Positions 13,501 to 25,251 of a DNA stretch of 64,000 nucleotides are shown in pieces. Location: the NCBI GenBank assembly GCA_053919585.1, contig CM132783.1. One strand, 5' to 3'. The notes under the pieces are model-generated. The model ran no database searches. It saw only the letters and a program-made list of their open reading frames with translations, and was not told the origin of the DNA. The first letter of the stretch is position 1; each line of letters begins with the position of its first letter. The DNA comes from Euprymna scolopes. Taxonomy: Eukaryota. The position numbers and the translations under genes were made by a program.

Positions 13501-14571
13501 TTAATTCTGGTTAATTTCTGTTGTAAATGCACTGTCCATCAGTGTTCATTGAAGACTTGTATCTTTTGCTCGATTTATCAGAAGTTTAAGCCAATTAAAG
13601 ATTAATCGACATTCGGATTTCTGTAGATCCTGTTTGCTGATCCAATTTTATTTACTACTACACTTACCTGTTTATGCCAGCTGAGAAATTATAATAATAA
13701 TCTTAAAATAATTCCTTACAGCTTCTTTCCTATCTTTAAATTGAATGTCAAGCTTTTCTTTTAAAATCAACCGTGTTAGTACAAAACCAATTGGTAGGAA
13801 GTCATTTAAAAAATAAATAAAAGTTCATTTCTGCCAACAACACTGTTTTGTTTATCACTGCTATTTGGTTAAAACTCTCTCTTTGTCCAATTGCAAACTT
13901 TTCAAAGTAGCCTAGATAACGATTATGAAGGAAGCAGAAACGAACCGAATTTCTGACTCTCTAAAATAACTGAGTTAGTTTTGATAAAAATTAAAGAAGC
14001 ATTCTGAAGGGAGTTGAGCAAAAAAAAAAAAAAAAAAAAAATTTTTTGTTTTTGCTGGCCAAATGACTTAGCTCAAACATTGCACCTTGCTTAATTCGTA
14101 TTCAGAATTAACATTTAAATTAGTTTTCACAAATCAAGTTCTATTTCTATGCTACTGTGCACTTTGACAAGACCCCAATTCATACTGAAATAAAAATATC
14201 CCACCAAAACAGTAATGTTGTGATGGAACCCTTTGTATCAGTGTCATAACTTTGATGATGTGGCTTCAAGCGTCTTAATGGTGCATTTTACAACACTAAT
14301 TGCAAAACCGCTTTTTCATAGAATATTTGTAGACTACCATTTTTATTTCTTTTCTAGACATTAACTGATGAATTCCGATTGAATTACTGTCATCTTTGGA
14401 TGTCTTTAATCAAAGCTGACCTAGAAGGTATCAAGCATTATGCAAATAAGATGAATTGTGGAGAGCTTTATGGTCTCTTTGCATGTATCCTAACTGCTCG
14501 CTCATGGAATTCTGTTGTCTCTGGCATTGGCAAGAAGCCTGTCAGCAAAGATGAGGTAAAGAAACCCTTCC

Positions 14572-14606
<35 letters not shown>

Positions 14607-15386
14607 TGCAACTTGTTTTATTTACATGTTAAAATGTTTTATTTTTCTGATTTATAGGCTTTACTTGTGCTGATAACTATATAAGTAATCATTAACTGCA
14701 TTACAACTTTTCTGAGTATTTTGATATAAAATGTGTTTAAATTTGATAAAATTAGAAAAGAAAAAAAAATCTGTATTTGACATATGCTATGTGAAAGAAA
14801 AAATTCCAAACTAAATGAAATAATTTAAGTAAAGAATTTTTTTTTTAATTTTTTCATTAAATAAAGCTTACTTTTTTTTTTTTTTTTAAATATTGAGATT
14901 TTTAGGAACTTTTCAATAAAGTGAAAGCACAGAAACTTATTTGATTTCTTTTTTTATCTTAAAATTGATTGACATTTGGAAATAGATGAATTCATCTAAT
15001 TTGACTATTTTTTGTTGTTCTTTCAGGTGGAAGAAATTCAGAGCCAAGTCATGAATTATATGGTGGAAATTTCTGAAGTTTTAGAACGTATACCTAGACA
15101 AATGCTTCTTATATTAAAGACAAATGATGTACTTCGAGGAATTGAAGCCAAATTGAACATCACCAAAGATGCAGAGTCATTTCTGAACATGTCACGTTAC
15201 TGTATCAAAGCCATTGCTCAAGAGGAAATATACTTTTGTCAAACTTTAACCTGTAAATTACGAACACATATACATTTTAAGTGGCTTCTCTTCAAAATTT
15301 CCATGCTAGAATGTTTTCTCTGGTTGTCCTCAACAAGTATAGGAAAATATACACGTAAAATTTTAGACGCAACAACACATTTATAG
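5121..15386 (+). CDS. ADCK1: AarF domain-containing kinase 1 (ABC1/UbiB family), 3' part; join(5121-5279,8815-8931,11721-11867,14358-14555,15027-15386), 326 aa; 5' exons lie upstream of the window
   Basis: All introns are GT-AG and phase 0. The spliced peptide matches ADCK1 as recalled (KNLPQELDF, VPRIHW, HCDPHPGN, LLDHGLYQ, FRLNYCHLW, LTARSW, PRQMLLILKTND). Confidence 0.95.
5569..6044. mobile_element. MITE with about 145-bp imperfect TIRs and an 8-bp TSD (Merlin-like)
   Basis: 5571-5710 is the reverse complement of about 5905-6044. TSD AATAAAAC at 5561-5568 and 6045-6052. The right end reads GGTGCTTG on -. Confidence 0.8.
6200..6420 (+). mobile_element. Degenerate SINE-like dispersed repeat; related copy on - at about 17075-17275
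   Basis: Shared body words between the two copies by eye; highly decayed. Confidence 0.4.
7062..7486 (+). mobile_element. Non-autonomous Helitron-like element, same 3' end as 36137-36623
   Basis: GTAT microsatellite near the 5' end; 3' ACACACACCTCCAAACATCCGGG...GCTAG|T. Confidence 0.65.
7487..7536. repeat. (TA)n microsatellite between two tail-to-tail Helitron-like 3' ends
   Basis: Read directly from the sequence. Confidence 0.95.
8815..8931 (+). CDS. ADCK1: ADCK1 internal exon (VPRIHWNF...NISVNE)
   Basis: ttttcag acceptor, gtagtt donor, 117 nt; too short for the ORF track. Confidence 0.92.
9269..9512 (-). mobile_element. 5S rRNA-derived SINE (SINE3-type), body A, degenerate copy
   Basis: Reverse complement gives the 5S head GATCACCAAAGTTAAGCAATG...GATGGGTGACC, plus the body shared with the 42603 and 48688 copies. 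Confidence 0.8.
10535..11600 (-). mobile_element. RTE-clade LINE 3' fragment interrupted by a MITE
   Basis: On - it translates FEVVQKFYHLGD...ARAKIGWNKFRKLLPIL...ETWPVK and GRPRKT; GAT-like tail near 10535. Confidence 0.8.
10671..11124. mobile_element. MITE with about 75-bp near-perfect TIRs (GGTACTTG...), Merlin-like
   Basis: 10671-10744 is the reverse complement of 11046-11124. Imperfect 8-bp TSD CACTCTTT/CACTCATC. Confidence 0.85.
11721..11867 (+). CDS. ADCK1: ADCK1 catalytic-loop exon (VSKKMSK...HCDPHPGN...LLDHGLYQ)
   Basis: cttcag acceptor, gtaaat donor, 147 nt. Confidence 0.95.
11935..12060 (-). mobile_element. tRNA-derived SINE head; related copies on - at about 52150-52230 and 53770-53907
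   Basis: On -: TGGTTAAGTAG A-box-like and GTTCAAATCC B-box-like motifs, repeated in the other copies. Confidence 0.6.
12886..13580. repeat. Two diverged direct copies of a roughly 200-bp repeat (12886-13110 and 13375-13580)
   Basis: Both begin ATCCAGGACAACAAAG and share GCTTGATTTAAG...TATTCAGT...ACTAGC. Confidence 0.7.
14358..14555 (+). CDS. ADCK1: ADCK1 internal exon (TLTDEFRLNYCHLW...PVSKDE)
   Basis: ttctag acceptor, gtaaag donor, 198 nt. Confidence 0.94.
15027..15386 (+). CDS. ADCK1: ADCK1 terminal coding exon (VEEIQ...DATTHL*)
   Basis: tttcag acceptor, TAG stop at 15384-15386, ATTAAA near 15450. Confidence 0.92.
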   Translation: MEEIQSQVMNYMVEISEVLERIPRQMLLILKTNDVLRGIEAKLNITKDAESFLNMSRYCIKAIAQEEIYFCQTLTCKLRTHIHFKWLLFKISMLECFLWLSSTSIGKYTRKILDATTHL

Positions 15387-15925
15387 CTATCATCTGTTAT
15401 TGGTAGATTTTTAGGATGGTGAATTGCTTGTATATGAATTGAATGTTCTATTAAAATATATATATATATATATATATATATTCAGTGCTTGAAATATTTT
15501 TAAAAGATGTCAAAATTCTTCCATCTGTGCTCATAACAATTTTTTTTTTTTTTTTTTTTTAAAGAAATAACTAGAAAAGACATGGATAAAAATTATTTTA
15601 AGACACAGCAAATTTTTTTCTTTTTTCTTTTTCAATCATAGGGGCCCTCTGCAAGCTTGCAATGCTTGTGTGAAAATATTACTCCACACAATTGCCAATG
15701 ATACATGCTGCAAGAGTCACTATTTGACACATGCCACAATCTTGTTACTCGTCCAAAATGCAACTGAACATGGGTCAACAGCTCCAGAAGTTTCCATTGC
15801 CATGAGAGTAAGATTAAATCTGTCCGCAAGAGAATAAATTTTTAAAATCTTTATTTAAAAAAAATTGCATTTAATAACAAAAAGAAGTGTCTTCAGGGAC
15901 AGATTCCAGTTCAACTGCAAACCTG

Positions 15926-15956
<31 letters not shown>

Positions 15957-16429
15957 TAGCATCCCAAATCAATGACCCTCTTTGAAAAGAGGGCATTGTA
16001 ATCCTATCTGGTCGCTTTTTATCACTATGTTCAAACCAACCTAACAATTTGACTTTGAAAGAGGGCCCAGCTGTATCTGCTGATGTAGTTTTTTCGCTGC
16101 ATATTTTGGAAAACGAATGAAATGCATACACACATCCGAGAGGCCTTTGTTAGTTGGTCAGTAACATTTCGGTTAAAAATATTTTATTTATCATTGCTGA
16201 TTGAAATGGACCCATTGGAAAAAATATTCGCTATCGTAAGAGCAAATTGATTTGCATTAGGTTACTGAGAAGACCTGACTATTAATGTATGTGCTAGAGT
16301 GAATAATTGATTGAGTTATATGATTCGACATTTAAAATAGTTGTGAAATAAAATCTAGTGAGTAAACACATGTAATATATAATCCTGCTAAAGTTGGGAT
16401 GATCAAACTGGAAGAAACTTAGTTAAGAA

Positions 16430-17050
16430 TAAGTGAAGCATGCATGGTCCCCTGCGAGTGCATTGTGAACGAGGCATAAAAAAATAAGTCCAGTATTTGC
16501 CCCCCCCCCATTTAGCCCCAAAAGTCCCCAGGGGACGTCAGATCCTGATGAAAATGAACAAACGGTGCAGTTTTAGGCTTTAACATATGTAAATTTGAGT
16601 TCTGCACAATGCAAAACTGCTAAATAAACATACGCAGAAAATTTTTGGACAAATATGATAAAATAATCCCAAAAATGAAGTGTTTTTATTACTCCTAAAA
16701 GAGCCCCTGGGGCACACCAAAGAGTTATCGCGAAGTATAGACAAGCAAAATTATATAAAAATCAGTTAGTTACAACTTTTCAGAAAGTTTTATAAAAATC
16801 CAAGGCATCAATTTTTTTAATAAGCACAAAAGTGTCAATTTTAGCCATATTTACCCGAAAGGCACCTCTAGGGGAGCAACCAGTTTTCCCAGAAAATCCG
16901 TTCTGTTACTTTTTTTTACTCATATCATGTTTAATGTTTGTGCAAAATTTCAAAAGATTCCAAAGCGTAGTTATTGAGAAAAGTGCGAATGGATGGACGG
17001 ACAAGGATGAACTTACAGGTTCACCCTCATTTTGTCAGGGGACCAAAAAT
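16430..17050. mobile_element. Helentron/HINE-like non-autonomous element
   Basis: Subterminal inverted repeat GGTCCCCTG (about 16446) / CAGGGGACC (about 17036), GGAT/GGAC microsatellite near the right end. Confidence 0.45.
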
Positions 17051-20000
17051 GGATCCATTATAAAATAGAGTTACCATAGTTGAGGACTACTCAAAGGCTT
17101 CCTTTTTGTTGACTACTACAGAGATGTAAGAAAGTGTTCCACCTCTATTCCTCGATTACTCCACTCAGCATAGGTTAGGATAAATGGTGAAAGTTTATAC
17201 AGAAGGCATTGGGTACCAGTTTGTTTTTGTTTTTTTAATTTTGGGTATGGCTTTACTGGGAATTAACTGTGACCTATGTAAAGACGGTCCTTTAGAACAA
17301 ACATAACCTTCTGAGGTCTGTTGTTTCAAATTGCAGAAGTAAATTATGAAAATCACCCAAAAAGGGACTATTTTCTTTTCTTAAAAATATGGAATTATTT
17401 TCTAATCAAACACGAGCAATTAAGAGAATTTCTTTCCAGGGAAACACAGTAAAGTAAGAGATATATTTTTAAAAAAAGTTTATTTCATTAAAATTTAAAA
17501 AATTTCAAACGATATGTGCTTTTCTTTTCTTTAAAAAGATATTTATTTACCTTTAAAGGTAAATATTTATTTTTCAAATAAATCTTTAAATGAGTTTTTT
17601 TATTATGGTGAATTATTATTTTTTTTTTTTTTTTTAATATATTTAAACCATTTTTTAGTGGAAAAAAAATATCGTGGACGTACATGTGAAAAGCATGTGT
17701 AAATGAAAACTGTCAGAAAAGATAAAGTAGCTGTTTTTATAAACAAATAGTTTTTTGTAGAATTAGTACCTATCTAGAGTTCAAGTTTATAAAGATGGAG
17801 ACTTGTTTTTTTTTCAACAGTTTTCATTGTCATTTCATGTGTACTATGTAATTTGTACTAGTTTTTTTTTTATTTTGGTACTTATACAGAGAAGGTACCT
17901 TGCTGAAATAATATTTAAAAGCTGGGAGGGAAGGGCGTTTTGTAAATATTCTGTACTTTAACCTAAAAATTTAACAAAAGATACTGTCAAGCTTGAATTT
18001 AACTTAATATGATCAAAAAATAACATGGGCACCCTCTCTACATAGTACCATTATTTTTAAAAACAAGGTTTTAGTAAAAGAAAAATTTAGGAACAATGTC
18101 AAAACTCATTTTATTAAATAATTTAGTAACTGAAATTGGAATTTCATGTATTTATTTGGTGTAAATAAACGTTATTGAAGAGAAAAAGCTTATATTTCGG
18201 TTCGTCCATTTTGTTTAAGATCTCATTCCATGTTTTTAAATCCTCGTGTAATAAATATAATTGCTCAATACTCTAGAAATTTGTAGTATAAAATTTACAC
18301 TTATTGCAAATGTTTCATTCCATTAAAAGGAATTTGTCCAGCTAACAGTCTAGCAAAATTCTTCAAATGTTTGTGCAGCTCACTTACTATACATATTTTG
18401 ACACTATTAGATCTATATACACAAAAGCTGATATATTTGCAGAATATTATGGCTTGTTCTTAAAATGAAAACAGTATATTTATATGAAAAAAAAAAAAAA
18501 AAATTAGTGTCTACTTTATTAGTAAAAAGAGTAAACATGCATTAGTTTGTTTTAACACAAAAGTTGTGGTTTTAAGATTGAGGGAAATAAACAAAAATAA
18601 ATAAATGCATTTCTATTATATTTATAAAAATCAAGGAAAGATTGACTTTTAGAAAGGCAGCCATAAATGTAATCATATTAGCAATAGCTAAAAATCTGTA
18701 AAAACTTTGTAAAAATCTTTATTATCGACAGTCTGGCTGTTTGACAGATCATGCTTGTTAGGACTTCAGATCACAATCTCATCATTAAGTGCGAGGGCCT
18801 GAATCCATATTTACAGTGGACACAATTAAATTATCTTACAACTTAAAATGAGTGTCAGCTTTCTATATATTTTCCCCAGTTACCATTATAGATAGAACAT
18901 TGTCAGCCCTAGCCTTCGATGTATCAAACAATGATGGAAGAGTAATTCAGACATAATAGCTGCAAGTATATCTCTGTTATATTCACCAAAATGTGAAAAT
19001 TTAATATTTTTTTTATCTGCTATGGACACTATTGACATTAGCTTTCAGAAGACTCACTATGGAACAAGACAATTTTATTTGAACTTTAGTAACTATTTAG
19101 CACCAAACAAGTACAAATATGGTTACTTATACTTCCTTTGCTAACTGTAACATGCATAATTAAAATATTTTAAAAAACTCATTTCATTTTATTGCTGTAA
19201 CTGAGCACACAATTTCACCAGTCAAATTGAAATCAGATTTTTGTAACCTTTTCTCTATCTTTTGACGACCTAACTCAATGGAATAAATATAAACAACTTA
19301 TACCAAGACAGGCATTCATGAAGATGTTGGATAAAAAAAAATTCAAAGCATTGAGAAATCAATAGCAAAAGGAACAATGAAAAACGTCAGTTACTATGTT
19401 CATTGAGGCCAGCAGCAGGACTGGATGGCCGGTAATCATTTCAAATCTCGTAAAGGGAGGGGGGGGGTTATTAACTGCACAAGAAGACGAAGCCTGGATG
19501 ATGAGATTTGAGGCTTTTTGCTCGATTGTATAGAAGTGTTGTCTCTTAATTCATGGTTAAATGTAGTTTCAGGAAAGGAGAGCTAGTTTTGATCGGTATG
19601 GAAGAGGATAGGTTTGTTTTCACCTTCTGTCTGGCTAGTCATGGGGCCTTTTGTGGGCTGGAACAGAGTGTCTTATTCTCACAAAATTTGGACAATGTAA
19701 CCTCTGGCCATTTTCAGGTATATCTTGTTGAACTCATGAATCTTTCTTCTGTGCAGATTCCCCAAACAAAATACACCTGAAGAAGGTTAGAAATTACATC
19801 AGCTGGAACATGTGAACAACACTCAAAATGAGACCAGCAGTCCAAATAATATAAACAATATAACAACACCCTGGGCGGGTTCTCGTCATACACACAGGTC
19901 AAGAAAATGTGCACTAATCCTAAGTCCTGGTGGCTACACTTAACTGTCTAGTGGTGGACCCTTCAGGGATGACCAGACCCTCACTGATCACTGGAAAATA

Positions 20001-21861
20001 CCGCTCAGATGCTCGGAGTACACAAAATGTGTACGACCCTAAGTGTGTGTGGCAACACTGTTTACTTCATCTGGCTGTATATCGCTACGACTGTGCAGAG
20101 TTCTCTTCTCACAATGGCTTGATCTGTGTCTTCACCGTGTAGGCGTCAGGGTCGACCTGAAATCAACTATACCTTCGATTAGACAGGCAATCAACAAAAA
20201 AAGTGGTCATTTTTCTTATAAAGATAAAAAAAATAAATAAGTAATTATTCAATGAAAGTTACAAAACTTTGATCATTTGTAAGTCTCTGACTCAAGATGC
20301 AAATATTTGGGGACTGGTGACTTCCATTAGTCAAGTTATGGTGAATGACCCTAAGTTTGGGGGCTTGTCTCTGCACAGTATAGATTCAGTAGCTTGGAGC
20401 AGAGTGGGGCTTAAATCAAAGGTTCCTTTTCTCTGAATACTGTGCCCCCACCCCAATCATCAGGCAGAGTGTGTCTTAAGTCAGGGACTTCTGACTGGTG
20501 TGAAAGCTCCAAGTAGTTGACAGAGTGTATCCTCGAGGTTATTTTTGCCTTTCATTATATTGAGAATCAAGTGGGCTTAGCCACGCCTCTGATTCCCAGA
20601 ATTCCATTTCACAATTCTCAGAAAACCAACCTCAGGCAGTTTTTGAAATTCTCAAGTTTTAAAAAGTTTCCCTCTTCATCAAATCTATAATTTGACTGTC
20701 ACTCTCAACAGGAGAGTTCATTGCCTTCACCCCCCCCCCCCCATTGGATCTCTACCTTTCACCATCACGCATGTGGGAGGGTCCCTCCTTTCTTTGCTCC
20801 ATTTGCTTAACCAAGGAGTTTTTCTAACGGCCATTTCATATGAGTAAAAAATAAATAACGTGGTTATCTTTTTGTAGTGATCAAATTCCCCGGACAATAA
20901 TTAATAGACATTTGACTTTGTATCCACCATCTTGTTTTTCTTTATCCAAAGCAACTCATCATATCTAGCCTATATTTCGGGTGACCCAATAATAAATTTT
21001 GACCACACAGAATTTTGTTAACTGCTTTTTCTTAACAGAGATAGTCTATTCAGATGAATTTGTCAAATCGCCAAAAGACGCTATTTCTGACAATTTTTGG
21101 AGATAGCTTTATATTGGACGTCTAGTGTTCTCTTTTAATGGCCATTTAAGTCAACAGAAATTATCATAAAAGAAAACATTTTTTTTTTATCAATATTCAC
21201 AAATAAGTGTGTGCATATATTAATTCATACCATAACAATCTTTCCTAACAATGCTCTTTCTTTCCATCATTATCATCACAGCCATCAACATTGTTACATC
21301 CAACAACACAGTCACAATAATACAATTTTGTTTTTGTTATATCATAGCAGTGAATACAGAGAAGCTAGTAATAGAAAAAGGAATAAAGATTTAAAAAGTA
21401 AACCAGAGGAAAAGACTAGAATAGGACTTTGATAGTTACATATGCTCTCATTGTTGGTTTATTAGTTTTAGACTGGAGAAATTCATAGGCTATTCAGACC
21501 ATCTTTAACTATATATTATTTCCATAAATAAATGCTTGCCAGGTGATGTCAGTAACTGAAAACCACAGATAAATGTATTAATATGGCTGAATGGATGCAT
21601 GCATTTTTCAGGTGCTTACTTAAAATTAAACCTATTTAAAAAAATAAATTGCAGGAAAATCTTTGATGTACATATACCTCACGAAACAAACATGTAATAT
21701 TCCAAAAATCATGTAAATTGATCAAGTAATCTTTTTATATGGAAAATAATTTTTATTTTTTTTTTACGATTCTTAGCAATTAGGAGCCTTCTTCCCCTTA
21801 TTTATAAACATAGCAGATCTAAATATAATTCCTCATTTTATTATAAAATCTGATTTTCTTA

Positions 21862-21901
<40 letters not shown>

Positions 21902-22696
21902 CAAGTTGTTTTTGTGATTTTTGGAATATAACAACTTTACTTTGTGACCGGTGCATACATCATGAAATTTTTTTTTCTGTATTTTTGTTTTTAATTAGGT
22001 TGAATTCTAAATAAGGACCTTTTTTATTTAGCCCATCAAATGTTAGAAGAAAAAATGCATACACATTAAAAGGAAAACAGCCAATTTGTTTATAAATACA
22101 AGATTTGTTTGTTTTATTCATGAATATTAAATATTTATACAAAAACACCATCTACATGTAATAATGGTGATGTGTGATATACAACCTTTAGAGAACATTT
22201 ACAACATAAAAAAAGGTTATGAGTTACCCAAGGCAATTTAATCAGTTAATGTTTCAATAAAAAGTTAAAAATAAACACTAGAAAAGGGTTAATGATTTAT
22301 TCAATTAAAATAGTTTAAGACTTTCTCATTACAGCCGATACAAGAAATTTTTCACAAGTTGGCACCAAAGAAGGTAAAACTAGAATTAAATCTAAAATAT
22401 AATTGTTCTCCAATGGACTTGGCGAAAGATAATTCATACAAAATCAAAACATTTGTAGCATTGGGTTTGAGTAAACAAAATTCATTTAAAAAATAAATAG
22501 AAAAGGTTGTAAGTTTTCTTCAGTAGCAAAATAAGAACTATTTCACTCAAAAATAATGCAGAGATGTTTTTTTTTTTTATTGAATACAAGTGCATTTTAT
22601 TCCAAGGCTAAAGATTTCAATACCTAGAGAGATAAAAATCCTGTCTTTTCAGAAATTGTGACCAGAGAAATTCAGAGAAATTGTTGGTCTGAAATA

Positions 22697-22770
22697 TTAG
22701 CCTGGTGCAAAAATAATGTTTTTTGACATGAAGTCGAATGTCAAAAAATGACATTTTTGCACCAACCTAA
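22697..22770. mobile_element. 74-bp mariner-type MITE (MADE1-like)
   Basis: Palindromic, ends TTAGCCTGGTGCAAAA / TTTTGCACCAACCTAA, TA on both sides. Confidence 0.8.
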
Positions 22771-24940
22771 TAATAAAGGAAGAGTATCTTTGTAGAACCA
22801 ACAGGATTATGTTCTATTTTGAATAGAACCAAAAAACAAAAAAATAATAAAATGAAATAATAAGGGGGGCGGGGGCGTATTTATATATTGAGTTGAAGAT
22901 TAAAAATTATAGTCGAAGCATTTACCTTTACAGATGTAGAGTATAAAAATATCCTGTGATCAGAGCTGGACTATATTTTAAATAAAAATTCCATTTTTTT
23001 TTATATTTATTTATTTTTTTTTTTTAAATAGTTTAAATTTTTTTAGGGGTTATGCTAATAAAATGTTTTGATTAGAAAACAAACAGATTTTAATTAAATG
23101 TGAAGATTTTACTCAAAACACGATCGTCATGCTGTCAGCCATGTTTGCTTTTGTGTTAGACTACGGCGATTTGCTTGTGAACCTAATTGTAGAAATAAAA
23201 GAAATGATCATAAAATAACTTTATTTTGAAATGAAGTGTTATAATGGTTTCACTTAATGATCATTTTTTTAAAATTAGTATAACTTGAGAATTATGTTCT
23301 TGAAGTAGATTAGTGAACATTTTTTGTTGCTGTAGTCGAATACAGAAACAACCAACATGGATAACATCATGGATTAAGCAGAAATTATTCTAAAGAAGCA
23401 CCCACGTTGTAATAGAAGAGCAAATTGCTTCTGAGAAGATTTTACACTATTCAATTCTCTTTATCTAAAACAAAAATGAGATATTTTGCCACTGAATTTA
23501 ATTTGAAAGAAAAGATGTAAATTAATTTTCAAAGTATAATTGTAGATAATTGAGACAAATAATGAATCAAAATGACTTGACTTGTAAGGCACAGAAATAT
23601 TTTTCCATTTTTATTTTTATTTTTTTTGAAGATTTAGTAATGAAATTGATATTCCTCCCTGTATCCTGCAAATAGTAGCACATAACAGCTTTTGCAATTA
23701 CAAGAATAGGGAGAAAAAAAATTATCAAAACGAAAAAGACTCAATTGAACATAAGAGCAAGATTCCAAAATTATAATATTTAAATATTGATTCCTTTCAA
23801 ATGTAGAAATCTTTGAGAAAAAAAACAAAAAACAAAAAAAAACAGATTAAAGGTGTCTAAAAAATCATCACCGACTTGTTAGGCATCATACCACTTTCAT
23901 TTAAAGAAAAACTCTGAAAAGAGCAGACTTGATGATCAATTGTCAGGAAATTTTCAGACTCAACCAGTAAAGTCTGTGAAAAAAAAAAAAAAAAAAAAAA
24001 TCGACACTCATGTGAAGCTGAGAGTTTAGATTGGTGCTACTGCGGCTGAAAATTTTTTTACATTTCATAAGCGTATCGGTGAATATATGTAGGACATTAA
24101 ATCTCTCCCTCTATATTCACAGTAACAGATATTGGAGATAAAAAAATACCATGATAAGTACTCCTAGATTAAATTGTGAATGAAATTGATTTTGAATTGA
24201 ATCGACTCTGGAGCCAAGTTATGAGTACTTTTTAGGTCTTTGGTGAATTTATGATTCGATGATAGTGGTTATTATACAACTATTAACAATTGTGTCTTTA
24301 CATCAATTGTTAATAGAAGTGAATTCTAAATAAAAAGGTAAAGAAATGTTCAAAATATAAAGAAAACATTTCTTAGCATATATTTCCTACACCATAACAA
24401 TACTAAGTAACCCTTATTTTAGATTTGGTTGGTTGTGGTTAATATGTGTTGAATCTAGACGCTCAATATTATGGCAAGTATTACTATTGTATATAAATAA
24501 AGATGATACTGTTGATCACAAAGCTTATAAGTTTGTCGAGTTAAAATAAGTAATAAAAAATGAAAGCAAAAAAAAAAAAAAAAGATGAAACCAAGTGAAA
24601 TGTTTTAAAAAAATGTTTTGTTTTTTTTCTTATTTCTGAATGTATTCATGTGCAAATAAAATATTTTTTAGGATTTTTTATGAAATAATATTCAAATAAA
24701 AAAAAAAAAGAAAACTTAAACTTGGTTAATACTCCAACATGGATGGATTATTTCTGTAACCATTAGATAAATTGTATTTTAAAACTGATATCTTCAATAC
24801 GACAAATAAACGTGATTTTTTTTTTTCATACAACAAACCTGAAATCATAGATATCTACAGTTTATTAAGAGTTGTCGAGTTAGTTGTTAAATTTCTTTGT
24901 GACAACTTCTCAAAAAGGGATATTATGAAGTTCAAGAGTA

Positions 24941-25251
24941 TTAACACTTGACCGCCTGTGGCATGGGTTGACAAAGAAGTTGTCGCATACCAGGGACCAG
25001 GGACGGTTTACATTTATCTGCTTCCAGATTCTTCATCAAGTTTTGACACATGTTCACGGCACGCTTGTCTTGCAATGAATCGTAAACCCGAGCAGCTTCT
25101 TCAAGCATTTGTCGTCGACTAAGATTGTCACCAACCAACAATTCTGAGGTGGAAGGTGCTGATGGTAAGTGGCAGCTGGCAAGTATCAAAGCTGAAGCCT
25201 CATCATGGTTACTAATGAATTTTTCAAGATTCGGATGAAACTGGTCATCAT
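24941..25251 (-). CDS. SREBP: SREBP terminal coding exon (DDDQFH...[10 protein letters not shown]...QAVKC*)
   Basis: ttctag acceptor, TAA stop at 24943-24941, AATAAA on - at 24866-24861. Confidence 0.93.

Larger units (their letters stand above)
3146..21345 (-). pseudogene. Decayed multi-exon cadherin-repeat gene interleaved antisense with ADCK1
   Basis: Minus-strand AG/GT-bounded segments include 13911-13668, 13321-13168, 12715-12567, about 12507-12163, 8763-8482, 8392-about 8135, 8070-7931, 4409-4102, 3413-3343 and 3209 onward. Several consecutive junctions are phase-compatible. Cadherin-like words include LDKEKQD (20949-20929), SVPEDT (15903-15886), FNLTLMAMETSG, NKENKPPF, DGYVQNTTVQVKIDV and GKNTMLYSV. 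There are many stops and frameshifts. Confidence 0.6.

Noticed and set aside
15655-15670. miR-33 site in the ADCK1 3' region
   Set aside because: CAATGCT is not a full CAATGCA seed match and may lie beyond the poly(A) site.
15642-15807. Plus-strand exon-like segment (AG...GTAAGA, open frame) downstream of the ADCK1 stop
   Set aside because: ADCK1 has already terminated with a plausible C-terminus. The segment is better explained as the antisense shadow of cadherin-like sequence, although a UTR exon is not excluded.
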